Shown: positions 48,016-59,323 of the stretch, in pieces
Numbering within the stretch: the stretch's first letter is position 1
How the letters are laid out: the number at the start of each line of letters is the position of its first letter
From: Yuukianura sp. NJ FZ-2021
Taxonomy: Eukaryota
Assembly (NCBI GenBank): GCA_046563655.1
Contig: CM102289.1
Location: 5,332,001-5,396,000 of the forward strand
DNA: 64,000 bases
Reading direction: 5' to 3'
Position numbers and translations under genes: made by a program
The notes under the pieces: model-generated
What the model was told of the DNA's origin: nothing
Database searches by the model: none
The model's input: the letters and a program-made list of their open reading frames with translations, nothing else

Positions 48016-49572
48016 CTAGAAAATATAGCTGGTTGCTTTCTTGCGATACTTTTCGTTAATTGCTTCTATCACTGTGTTTGCTTCAGCCGTTTGAACCTAG
48101 TTGAATTACAAGGAAAGTTATTAGACAAACAATTCTTGACCTTACATCAAACTCTGTTGTAGAAAACTTACAAGAACCACAATGCAGCCACCGAATCCTC
48201 CACCAGTCATGCGCGAACCAAGTACACCTTTTGCTTGCATTGTAATATCAACCAATTCGTCCAATTCTGGACAGGACACTTCGTACAAGTCACGAAGCGA
48301 CACATGACTTTGATACATCAGTCGACCGACGGCCTCCAAGTCATTGTCCACTAGCGCTTGGGCAGCTTTCTCACAACGCTCGATTTCCGTTACGACATGC
48401 AGAGCACGTTGGTAGGTCCGATCACCCAACTCGTTCCGTTTTTCTACAAACAAAACTTTAATAGTTCCTGCATGTTCTTTTCTTTCATCAATGTAATAAT
48501 GTATTTGGAATGTGGATTTAACTTACTGCGCAGGTCGGAAAGTGTCGCATCCCGTAGGCTTTTAACATTCAGGATTTTGGCAGCCGCTGAACAATCTTCT
48601 CTCCGTTTGGCATATTCCCCCGCCGCAAGCTCATGTTTCACGTTAGAGTTGACGACAATAAAAGACGTCGATGATGTTCCAGAACTTTTGAGGGGTATGA
48701 CCTTAGTGTCCAGTGACCTGCAGTCGATGAGGAGAGCCGAACTTTCTTCACTTGCGCTACAGATCAGTTGGTCCATGATCCCGCAGGGTACGCCGGCGAA
48801 TGTGTGTTCCGCTTTTTGACACAGAAGAGCCTTTTCATTCAACCTGAATCAGAAAAAGAACAAACTCATTAAACATTTCTAAACCAAACAGAGTCATGTT
48901 TGTACTGTCGCTTGTCTCACTTCAGTTTTGTTGTGGTCAAATGCTCCAGAAAGTTACATGTGGCCACTTCAAGAGAAGCACTGCTAGACAGTCCACCTCC
49001 AAGTGGAACTGTCGTAAGAACGCAAGCGTCAAATCCCGGAACAGTTCCTAAATCCAAAGAACAACGTGAACAAAGATTTATCCAATCTTTGCTAGTATGC
49101 AAATTATCCAATACGAGACAGAATTTGTTTTCTGTGAGGTGATACCTGGGAAATGTTCAATAACTCCTTTGACATAGTTGGCCCACTTTGGAGTTCCGGG
49201 TGACAACCGTTGCTTTTCGGTAGGAACTTTGAATTCAATTTTCTTTGGCTCATCAACGTCTGCGGCCAGCGTCATTAGCGTAATCTTGTCACTTCCATTC
49301 TTCCGTCCCACAACAACTGTCCATAGTGGAATTGCCTGAAACAGAAACAAAAACTTAGTAATTCAAAAAACCTCCGCGTTATGTTGAAATAATTTTTAAC
49401 TTTGAAAAATTACCATAGGTAAAACGAAACCATCGTTGTAGTCCGTATGTTCTCCAATGATATTAACACGACCAGTAGCAGCTCCAACCAATTCTGGTTC
49501 ACCACCTCCGAACTCTTGTACAAAAGCCGTTTTTGCTTTTGATACTAAATCCTTCAAAGGTATTATTTCCAT
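48016..49572 (-). CDS. GALK1: Galactokinase (GHMP kinase; 6 exons: 49572-49414, 49335-49146, 49047-48921, 48843-48527, 48443-48172, 48096-48016)
   Basis: Galactokinase signature [22 protein letters not shown], plus [50 protein letters not shown] and [12 protein letters not shown]. Confidence 0.96.
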
Positions 49573-50205
49573 GCTTTCTTGCTTTATTGAGACTTTTCTA
49601 TTTAAAAAAAAACTTGCCTTCTCCGGTAGCCTAAAATTCTATTCAATTTGGCTTGCTGCCAGCTCACAAAAACTTCCAAATGACAGTTATTGACAATTGA
49701 ACATCCAGAAAATGAGACCACAAACTACCCAGACACCATAAACGGCTTAAATTAGTCTAACAAACGGAACACACAAAACTCATTATCGTCCTAGTCAAAG
49801 TACTAGTACAAAAATAATTTCCCTTGTCCCTCGCCTCCCATGATTCCTGCCTCAATGTATTACAAAATCTATGCTAACATTTTAAGGCAAAAAAAAAAAT
49901 TCACTTCCACATCCCAACCCACTTGACATAGACAGATCTGCTTCAGAATTGGAAATGACCTCTGATAATGGCAAATCTAAAGTAAATCTATCTGTCCTCT
50001 CTTCTGACCGAGCCTCGTCAAAACTGTATAGAGAGGATTAATTTTTAATTGAATTATAAGCATTTAAATTGAATCAGGGTCAATCATAAAAATAATAAGC
50101 TGGGATTAACATAATAAACTTAGCCTTCCTGCTATGTACTATACTACTAATAATGTCATAACGTATCCAACGTATTTAGATTAGAATGGCATTAGAATGT
50201 TAGCG

Positions 50206-52615
50206 TCACCTTAAGCTTACTACAACAGTCTGCTTAGCATTTTCGGATGGCTCCAACTTATTTGATGATACGCCGAGGGCGGACACATCCGCCACCGAGG
50301 GAGGAGCCACCATGTCCGGCGCTTCGGAAGCGGTGAGAATCATTTCCAGAGAACCCTGTCATAAAATAGTTTAGGTTAAATAGATAAATAATTAAATATG
50401 ACTAATTTAATTTAAAATGATATGTGTGGCTGTTAAGTACCTTGAGTTCCATAAGATCAGTCATGTAAGAGACCTCACTCACAACTTGTTCAGTTAACTG
50501 AATAAACAAATCATCCACGACCTTGTCTTCCCCGATTTTACACGCATACATGTCTGAAAACAAATAACAATAAAAACGGATCTAATGAGTAGTAACAAAG
50601 ATGATATATTCTTACCAACGAGAACATGCGATACTTGCAAAAGAACACGCATAAACCTTGGTCGTCGAATGTGGCGAATCAAGAACTTGATAATTCTGAT
50701 CAAATGTTTGCCCTTCCTCCCAGCAAGTGCCTGCTTCAATCCATCACGCCTAAAAATGACTTTGATTTTCAATTTTCATGAAAACAAAATATGAAACAGA
50801 GACTGGCATTTTACTTACCTAATTAGTTCTTGAAACAATGCTACTGTGGTGCCAGGAAAACGGTAACAAAAAATATCACTCATGACACAATCCAGAGCCT
50901 TGGAATAGCGGAATTTACGGAGGTAATGGTCGTATTTCAGGTCCCCTGGAAAAAACAGAGTGGTGTCAGTCTTTGTCTTAGCAGAGGAACAGCGAACAGG
51001 TGATCCACTATACAATTCTTAACACAATTCTCACTTATTGCTCCCTCTTCCCGGATTCCAGCATCAGTGACAACAAAATCCGTAAATGTTTTTGCTTTTC
51101 TGCGTTTTACAACAGCGGCAGCAGCTTCCAGCTCCTTCACTGCTTTATCTTCTTCTTCCATTCTTGAAATTGCAATTATTCCGTCACTCATCCCAACTGC
51201 AACAGTTTTGTCACCGGGCTAAAAAGTGAAAAAAAAAACGATGTCGCCGTCGAGGTTTCAATGTGAGATATGAATGGACCCAAGTTTAAACAATTAGTAT
51301 TACTGCAATTGCTAAGCTGAGAATTGGCGAAGAGTAGTCGATTGTTTGAATGACTTCGAAGTTTGTCATTTCATAAATTTTGACATGCCTATCCAATGAG
51401 GCCGAAGCAAGTCGTTTATAATTTGAGGCAAATTGGAGTGATGTGATAGTCTTGTGATGTTGCGATATCTTTGAAAGTAACCTTCCACCAGCAAGGCAAT
51501 CCCAAATGCGAATTTCAGTACCACCTAAAAAGTAGCAACAACAACACAGATTACCAAGCATGTTACGTACTGGTTACTTAGGTACATCGACTCACTCGAA
51601 CGGAAGTAAATGCTTACCTGCAGTGAACAACAGTGAACCCGTTGGAGATGGCAAAATGGCTTCGACGGGCGAACCATGGTCGATGTTGAACAGTTCCCGG
51701 TGTTCTCGTTTGTCCCAAACACGAACAGTATGGTCGTAAGATCCGGAGAAGATGAGGTTAGGATTAGAATCTAGAGTGGCACCAGATCGAACGTAATCCT
51801 AAACAAAGACAGGTACGTTTTACGCATGACAAACATCGAAACACAGTTGAGTACTTACCGAGTGACCTTCAAAACGATGAATTAGAACTTCGCTAGGCAT
51901 GTCCCATTGGCCAACTATTTTGTCATCAGAAAAGCTAACAATTTGATTATCGGTTGGAAGAAACTGGCAGCGATGAACAGCCCTATGGAGTGTAAAAGAA
52001 CGTTAAACTGAAGTTGAGGACCAGAACCTCTGTCAAAGTCGTTTCATTAGTAAACTTTCGCTTACCGTTGATGTCCCTTGAAGACTCGAAGTAAATTTTT
52101 GGAAGAGACATCAAACAATTTAAGCGAAGCTTCTTCACTGCCGGCCAACAATAATCTGCCGTCCTTCCGAAATACACCTCCATAAGCAGCTTCTCTAAAT
52201 CGATTGTAATTTTTGTGTATCATCCTCGTAATTGGATGATACAGTTGTATCTATAAGTATAAAATACAACGTTATTCTATTCCTTTACGTCAGTTAACTT
52301 CACAAACAGAACTTACACGAGAAGAACATGTCACGGCCATAAAATGCGGTTCAACAGGACTTATGTCGATGTTATCAATTAAGTTTACTTCTTTTAATAG
52401 AATCGGTGCCTACAAACATATCAATAACAATTCGAAATTCACTTTATGCTCAGTGAATCACATATTTAGTTTATGTTATAATCGCAACGTGCAATCGTAT
52501 TGGAGAAAATATTTTAGCATGTACTTACGCTTAATTTCCTCCAGTACAACACATCAGCTGAAAGTGGTGCTGATTTCCTACTGAAAGGAGCCACGTATGT
52601 TTTCTTGAAGGACAT
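50206..52615 (-). CDS. UTP15: U3 snoRNA-associated protein 15 (WD40, SSU processome; 11 exons: 52615-52529, 52409-52317, 52250-52066, 51982-51859, 51798-51618, 51524-51304, 51218-51035, 50945-50819, 50749-50616, 50553-50441, 50355-50206)
   Basis: WD repeats FRKDGRLLLAG, GHSDYVRSG, SGSYDHTVRVWD, HHKTITSL and SASLDRHVKIY. UTP15 C-terminal motifs YDHYLRKFRYSKALD and ELIRRDGLKQALAGR. Phases are consistent. Confidence 0.93.
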
Positions 52616-53971
52616 CTTAGTTGTTGGATTAATCACTGATTAGCATATGAAACTACTAATTTAAACGAGAATTCACTGAAGACTGAACCACACTACTTTT
52701 TGACGTTTTATTATTATTTTTTACAAACAAACCCATGCATGCAATATGCAAATGAACACACGTGTAGGGTTAACCAAAAAGATTCCGGCTTCCCCGTTAT
52801 CCCCACGCTGTCATATTTGGGCGAAAACGATAAAGCCAAATAAATGACTTCATCGTAATTATTAAGTCAAATTAGTTAATTAGAAACGGAAACTTTATGT
52901 TCAAAATCAACTTTTAAATCCACTGATTTGCAGCAACTAATTATGGAGTTTCGATTACTTTTATAGTTATCGGTTCATGAATATAATTCATATAATAATT
53001 CATGACGGTTAATTAACAGTTTATGAATTTTCAACGAGCACAGGCGGGAAAACCCCGCAATTCAAAATCGGAACCTTATTTTTGTTGTTTGTATTTTTTT
53101 TTGGAGGCCAGAAGGAAAAATGAATTGTCGAATCAGCAACCATTTGCCACTGCATATTCCGATTGCTTCCAATAATTGCAATACCATGCATCATTCATTG
53201 TTAATTTTTAATATTAACTTATAGTATATGAGGGCATGGGCCTTTGACTAAAATAATTTGCTGTTTGATTCGAGAGGTCTGCTGATTCTGACAAATGAAA
53301 TTAAATTAAATCTTAAAATTGAATTTATTTAGAATAGTCCAAAAGTTTCAAAAGTTTAGGAATGCCATCTCTTTTGACTGGTGTTGTAGTGTTGACACCG
53401 AATGCAAAAATTGCAGTTTTGTGGTTTCCGAAAGGAATTTAGAAAACCCGCGCCCGCCTGCGGGCTATACATTATGGTAATTAAATTCTGAAATTTGAAG
53501 AACCAAGGAATTTAAAAAGTAAAGTGCTAAGAAAGCGAGGGAACAGAAGGACGCTTCTGCATCTGCTGGCCTTGGCTGATTGATTAATCAAGTAAATTAA
53601 ACCCTCTGACAAACAACAACAGATCAGATCACAGGTACGGGGTACAGCGACTGGCTAAACAGTAGTGTTTTTGTCATCTTTCTTGTCCTCTATCACATGT
53701 TGTAAACTTACTTTCACTAGACTTGGGCGGTTGGTCAATCTCAATGGTCAAGGCGTCGTAATCGTTCGGGTGATAAACCTCGTCTACTTGTTCTGCGTCA
53801 GAACTTCTGACGGCTGGTAATTTTACACGTAATTGTAAATTGTGCGTAAATCAGTGTGAAACCTACCATTGTTGTTAACTATAGGATAGGACAATGAAAC
53901 ATGGAAACTAACTCATTTTCTTATTTGTTGTGATGAAGGTAAAGATACAATAAACGACGGACACAGAAGAA

Positions 53972-55160
53972 ATGGACACGATGACAGAGATTGAAGAATT
54001 GGAAACCATAGACGTGGTAACTTACGTATAGCTTTTAACCTCGTATTTATTGTGTTCTATAAACTGATTTTTGTTACAGCTTGACCATGCGGACGACCTG
54101 CACATGGACATGGAGCCTACTCGTCAGCCAAGCGCCAGTCCCGGTACAAGTTCTGGAGCGAGTTCCAGTTCCACTTCCAGTGTGTTCCAAGAATCCGTAT
54201 CGAAGGCCATATCTGCTTCCTCGCCGAAAACAACATTGGACTCTATGAAAATAGCAGTAGTAAAACCGAAGGAACCTATGTGGTACGCATGTTCAACCTG
54301 TCACCGAGCGTTTACAGAGATCAATGCACTCAGAGAGCATATGAAACTAATGCATAAGATTACTCCAGGAAACCGCACCCTACATAATGGCGACAACACG
54401 TACGTCTCGGACTATTTCACGCTTACTTACGTTTTCCGGAGTTTATTTTTGTTTCTTCTGAATTTCAGGTTTATTACGGTTGGTGCCAAGACATTGGAAC
54501 TCAGTAAGGAAGTCCACATGAGGGAACGTCACCTCAACGTCCTAAAGTCCAAGATTCATGGGAAAGGCTTATTCAGTAGTCGTTTCATTCCCAAAGATGA
54601 AATTATTATTGAGTACACGGGGGAGGTGAATAATATTCTAATACACTTTTCACGTTTTTGAGTCATGTTCTATGTTTCCAATGTCTACGTAAACGTTGTA
54701 TTGTTTCAGTTTATAAGCAGAAATACTGCTTTGAGAAGGCAAAATGAGTACGACATAAACCGTATCGAGCACTACATCATGAAGGTCGGGAAAATTATAA
54801 TTGATGCTACTGTTACTGGAAATTGTTCCAAATACATCAACAACTCTTGTGATGTAAGTCAAAATCTTTCTCATCTGCACTGTACTTCCAATCCGTATAC
54901 AATCTATGTTCATTTATTTTTTTCAGCCTAATTGTAATGCCGAATTGATCGAAGTCCTCGGGAAAAACCGAGTGCTAGTCATGGCTGCTCGGAATATCAT
55001 GGCCGGTGAAGAGCTCACATACGATTATCAATTCACATCGGACGAACTCATTCCATGCAACTGTGGTGCAAAAAGTTGTAGACGATTTTTAAATTGTAAC
55101 GTCGACAAACTAAACTTGAACCAGCAACACATATCGGAACTCATCAAATCCTTAGACTAG
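53972..55160 (+). CDS. Small (~299 aa) C2H2 zinc finger + SET1/trithorax-type SET and post-SET protein (5 exons: 53972-54016, 54080-54399, 54469-54625, 54710-54853, 54927-55160)
   Basis: C2H2 finger YACSTCHRAFTEINALREHMKLMH. SET motifs SKIHGKGLF, IIEYTGE, IDATVTGNCSKYINNSCDPNC and GEELTYDYQF. Post-SET CNCGAKSCRRFLN. Confidence 0.88.
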
Positions 55161-55527
55161 GAAGTGACTAATCGTGATTCTCTTGGGTCGATTGTATTTA
55201 CGAAAAGTACGTTTTGAATTCCATTAGCCTTTGATACTTAATATTCCTTAACTAGAATAAGCACGTGACGTGTTCAATGATCTTTGTTAGAGTAATTTTA
55301 CTTTTTATAACTACCCATTTATTTTTGAACTGATTTACCACTACTAGTATTTATAACTTGTTCGACTGGAACAGTGAGATTAGTTAATTTAATTTAACTT
55401 TAAGGTTTCGCTCAACAATCAAACAAAACCATTTGCATTTTACACCTAAGTACTTCCACTTTTCCTTTTTGACTGACATAATTAAAACGCTTCAGTAAAA
55501 TTTTTACTTTAAAAGGATTCGATTAAT

Positions 55528-56730
55528 TTAAGTTTGGTTAGTTTCAACGTTAGTAGTATCAAGATCTAAATGAATTCTAATTGTTTCATCTTTGTCATTA
55601 TAGAAATCTCCAACGCCCATTCCCTTGTCCTCATCTTCCTCTTTGTCTGCTTCTGTTCTTGCGCAGAGCAAAATTCCCAACATGAAGAACAGCGCTAGAG
55701 TGCTGAAAGCCTAAAAAACATAAACTTTTTGTTGCTCTAAAGATTAAGTCAGAGGTCAAATGTCTTACAATTGCCAAAAATCTGAGGTCATATCGTTGAC
55801 ACTGGACGAGTTTTTGTTTTTTGGTGAGAACAATTAACGTGCGATTGGTTACGGCGTCAGCATTACTTCCCATTCGACAGCGTTTGAATACTTGCAGACT
55901 GTCGAGTTCCCAGTAGTTTTTGTCAGTTTCAGTCGTTCCTTGCAGGATCAGCAGAAGACTTGATGTGTAAGTGATGATCAATCCAAAATTGAGAAATCTT
56001 CCCTACGAAAAAATACAAATTTTGAAAATTGTCATGAATTTGTGACATTTTCGTATTTTACAATGTAATTTTTTTCTTCTACTTAAAAGTTGACGTACGA
56101 AATCGACTCTGTAGGTGGGGTGTCTCAACATGCAGTAATTGATAATATGAAGACAAATGACCAAGATGCAGTAGCCTTGAATCAGGAGCGAAATTTTGAA
56201 TTCTCGTCTGTCGCGAAACACAAATTCGGGTTTGAGCGTCACATTCACATTTGCTAAACATTGAAAACGAAATTAATTTTGAACAAACACAAAATCTTTT
56301 TAGACAAAAACTAAAATTTCGACATTTTACCGGGTTTGCTTTTAAATGCTTTAGAAATTGATTTGAACAAGGACGAATTTCGGTGGCGCAGTTCTGCATT
56401 CCAGACGAAGTCATCCCACTCAGCTACCAAAGATACCGCAAGGACAGTGGCCGTAAGTATCTACGAGAAATTGAAAAACTGAAAAGCAAATGGCGCCTAG
56501 TTTTCAGAAACTTGTAAATTTTAGGGCTTGAAGTCAACAGGAAGTGACGAATTTACCAGTGTGACCACTTGAGCCAGAACTGGTGAATGGAACTGCGCAA
56601 AACGCACTGTTCTTGCAAACGTCGGATGCCTGCGATAGCATGAGCGGAGACAACGAGTCTTTGTGACCTTATCTGCCGCTGGAGACTGCGATTGCGCAGA
56701 ACCAGAAACTGAAGCAATTTGTGACGACAT
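55528..56730 (-). CDS. Orphan four-transmembrane protein (~291 aa; 5 exons: 56730-56557, 56460-56331, 56253-56099, 56002-55769, 55710-55528)
   Basis: Five exons join stop-free through canonical GT-AG introns with matching phases. Four hydrophobic segments (VLAQVVTLILTATVLAVSLV; ISLLIQGYCILVICLHIINYC; FLNFGLIITYTSSLLLIL; FLAIAFSTLALFFMLGILLC) and an acidic tail. Confidence 0.75.
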
Positions 56731-57205
56731 GTTTTTCTGTCACGCACAGAAAGGTATCACGACCAACAAACGTCGAAAATAAAACAACAAAAACAAAATT
56801 TTGAAAAGTTTTGTACAAATCATACTTCGATAAGAGCTTCATATTTATTTGTTCATGCTCGATTTGGCGGGAATGTTTGCCATAGCGGTACGAAATGAAA
56901 TTATGTAAACACAGCGCAATTGCAAAACATGTTTTCATAATTTCGTGACCTCCGTGACCTTAAACTTATGACATTGTTGCGAAATATGTTGAACATTCAT
57001 ACCTAATGTGCTGGAGGTAAAGATGATTACTTTAGAGTTGCGTATGAATCATGAATGGACAGTTAATTGTTCTACTAATTACTGATGTTACTAATGTCGT
57101 GTCCAGTTAAATTCCAAGGATGAACAGAACTTATTTAAAGTTGAAACTTGTATGCAGTTCGTCATTTTTCTAAACACAAAGGTCAAAGGTCACCGTTTAA
57201 ATAGA

Positions 57206-58246
57206 ATGGCGTTAATCTGGATTTGTATCGTAGGAATGTTGGCGTTGACGGGAATACAAGGAGCAGAAATCAAGCTCAAATCAGATTCAATCTACCGATT
57301 GCAAAACAAAGAAGATACACGCGTGGTAATTAAATATGTTGTTTCAAAACTGATTTTTCAAACAAATTAATTCAAGCTTCTTTTTTTCCGACGGTTGCAG
57401 TATTTAACTGCTATTGGAGTTCAAAAAGCGAACGCAGAGAGTCCAATTGTCGTTGATACTTGGAGAGGAGCTGCTACACAAAAATGGAGACTCATCAGCA
57501 TCGATCCAAGTATCTTGAAATTCTCAACTTGTTTGAACAGTTTTTAAACGAATGCTTAAAATACAAACGATTTTATTGTTTTAGCGTTGTCGTTGATTCA
57601 ACTCCAGCCGACTTCGGACGAAACACATCTTTTATCAATTGACGCTGAAAATTCATCGCTAGTTGCACAATCCGTAAAAACAAAACAAGAACAAATCAGC
57701 TTCTCAAAATTAGAAAAAAGAGGGAGATGCAGCTCTTTTTAAATCTGGAAATTTTTGCAGGGACTGCGTTGGTACAATCGAATTGGAATTAGCAACAGCG
57801 TGCATCAGTGGACTGTGACTGCCGTTGAAGGCGGATATGTGCAGTTGCGAAATTACAAAAATGGGAAATGTCTCCAGAGCTTCGGGTAATTAGAAAAGCA
57901 CTTGACACTTTTGTTTGCACTTGACTCCTTGTGATCGCTGGCATTGTTCGCTTTGGCGGCTCTAAAGTTTACATTTCCGTACAATTTACGCCGAATCCAT
58001 AAATCTACTTAACCTAACAACTTCTGACGTAATTACTGACGCACAAAATTCAAAAATTGCTAGCCAACATCAATGTCTTGTGACCAAATATTTTGCTAAC
58101 TTTTTTAGTTTACCTGGTTAATTGATAGTTTCAAAATCTAAATGCGAGTATTTCATTTTCATGGTTTTTTTAGGAACGGGAAACAAGTTGGAATTTCAGC
58201 TTGTGTCAACTCCCTTCGGCAACAATGGCTTCTTGAAAAACTATAA
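57206..58246 (+). CDS. Secreted ricin-B-type (beta-trefoil) lectin-like protein, ~171 aa (5 exons: 57206-57325, 57401-57509, 57585-57673, 57761-57885, 58174-58246)
   Basis: Signal peptide MALIWICIVGMLALTGIQG. Three QxW-type repeats (TQKW, VHQW, RQQW) with YRLQN and VQLRNYKNGKCL starts. Introns are in phase. Confidence 0.78.
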
Positions 58247-59323
58247 ATAAGCGTTTTTAGAAAAAAAAACATAAGAAGGTTGGGGTTTCTTGTTGACCTT
58301 TGTTTTTTTCTTTGCTGAAAATTTTCCATTTCTCTAATAAAAAGAAACAAGTACGGGCCTATTCTTACACTAAAAAATAACTTTTGTTTTTAGTTATAAT
58401 TTTAGATTTCCGACAGTTTTCAGGCACAAGCAATTATAATCTGCATCTGCTTAAGGGTGTAATTTTTTGCGGTAAAAATTTCTCGGGTAATTTGTACTTA
58501 AATAAGTAAAATCCTGTGCAAACATTTTGACCACCGATAGAATTGTTCAAATCTTAATAATTAAGTCGGAAAAGAAACCAAGTTGATCGTCGTGACCTCC
58601 AGAAATGGAACTACTCGTGGGGTCACCACTTCTTGTAGAATTTGACTTTCTAAAAGTTAGTCGTTTCGTCACAATTGGTCACATGCTTGAAAGATAAAAC
58701 TACTTATTATTACCACCAGTACTCTAAATGTTTACGTAAATCATGAAGTCATAAACCTGTACTTCTAGTAATCTTAAGTACTTTTGATCTATTTGCGGCG
58801 TCCTACAAATCAAAAAAAAAGTTTTACGAAAGTGTTACGGCACGTTTGAATTTCGAAAAACGAAAAGGAAGTGCGGATTAAATCATTCCACTAGAGGTAA
58901 CACACCTACGTTTGCAAAAATCAAGTGCATCTTATCGCTTGTGATTTTTTGCAACACTCAAAATACAGACACTTGGCTTAAAAGAGTTCAAGCACACCGA
59001 TTCACCTCCTCTGTCATTCGCCTACGAGATTTCATCCGCCAAACACCAGACAAACTGCAGCGTCTACAGTTTGCGAAATTTTGCAAATTGGCAAATTCAC
59101 ATTCAATTTCAGGCGGCGTTTTTAGTAGCAAAGTGACAGTGGTTTTGCTAGAGCAGAGGTTAGGACGACATCGGATGGCACGACGCCTCTTGGCAATTCT
59201 CTTCTTCATCGCAGAAGCACTTGAACCAGGTTAACGCTGCGGTTAACGTTCGGCTAAAATCCGAGCCGAATTTGAAGCAATTTCATTGGTAACCAAAAAA
59301 TTTGAGGAATTTGGAGTCAAAAT

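Noticed and set aside
49880..50023. Extra terminal UTP15 exon after the GTA|GTAAGC donor
   Set aside because: Phase-0 joining gives TTT TGA immediately. The longer open frame needs a phase-2 donor that I could not find.
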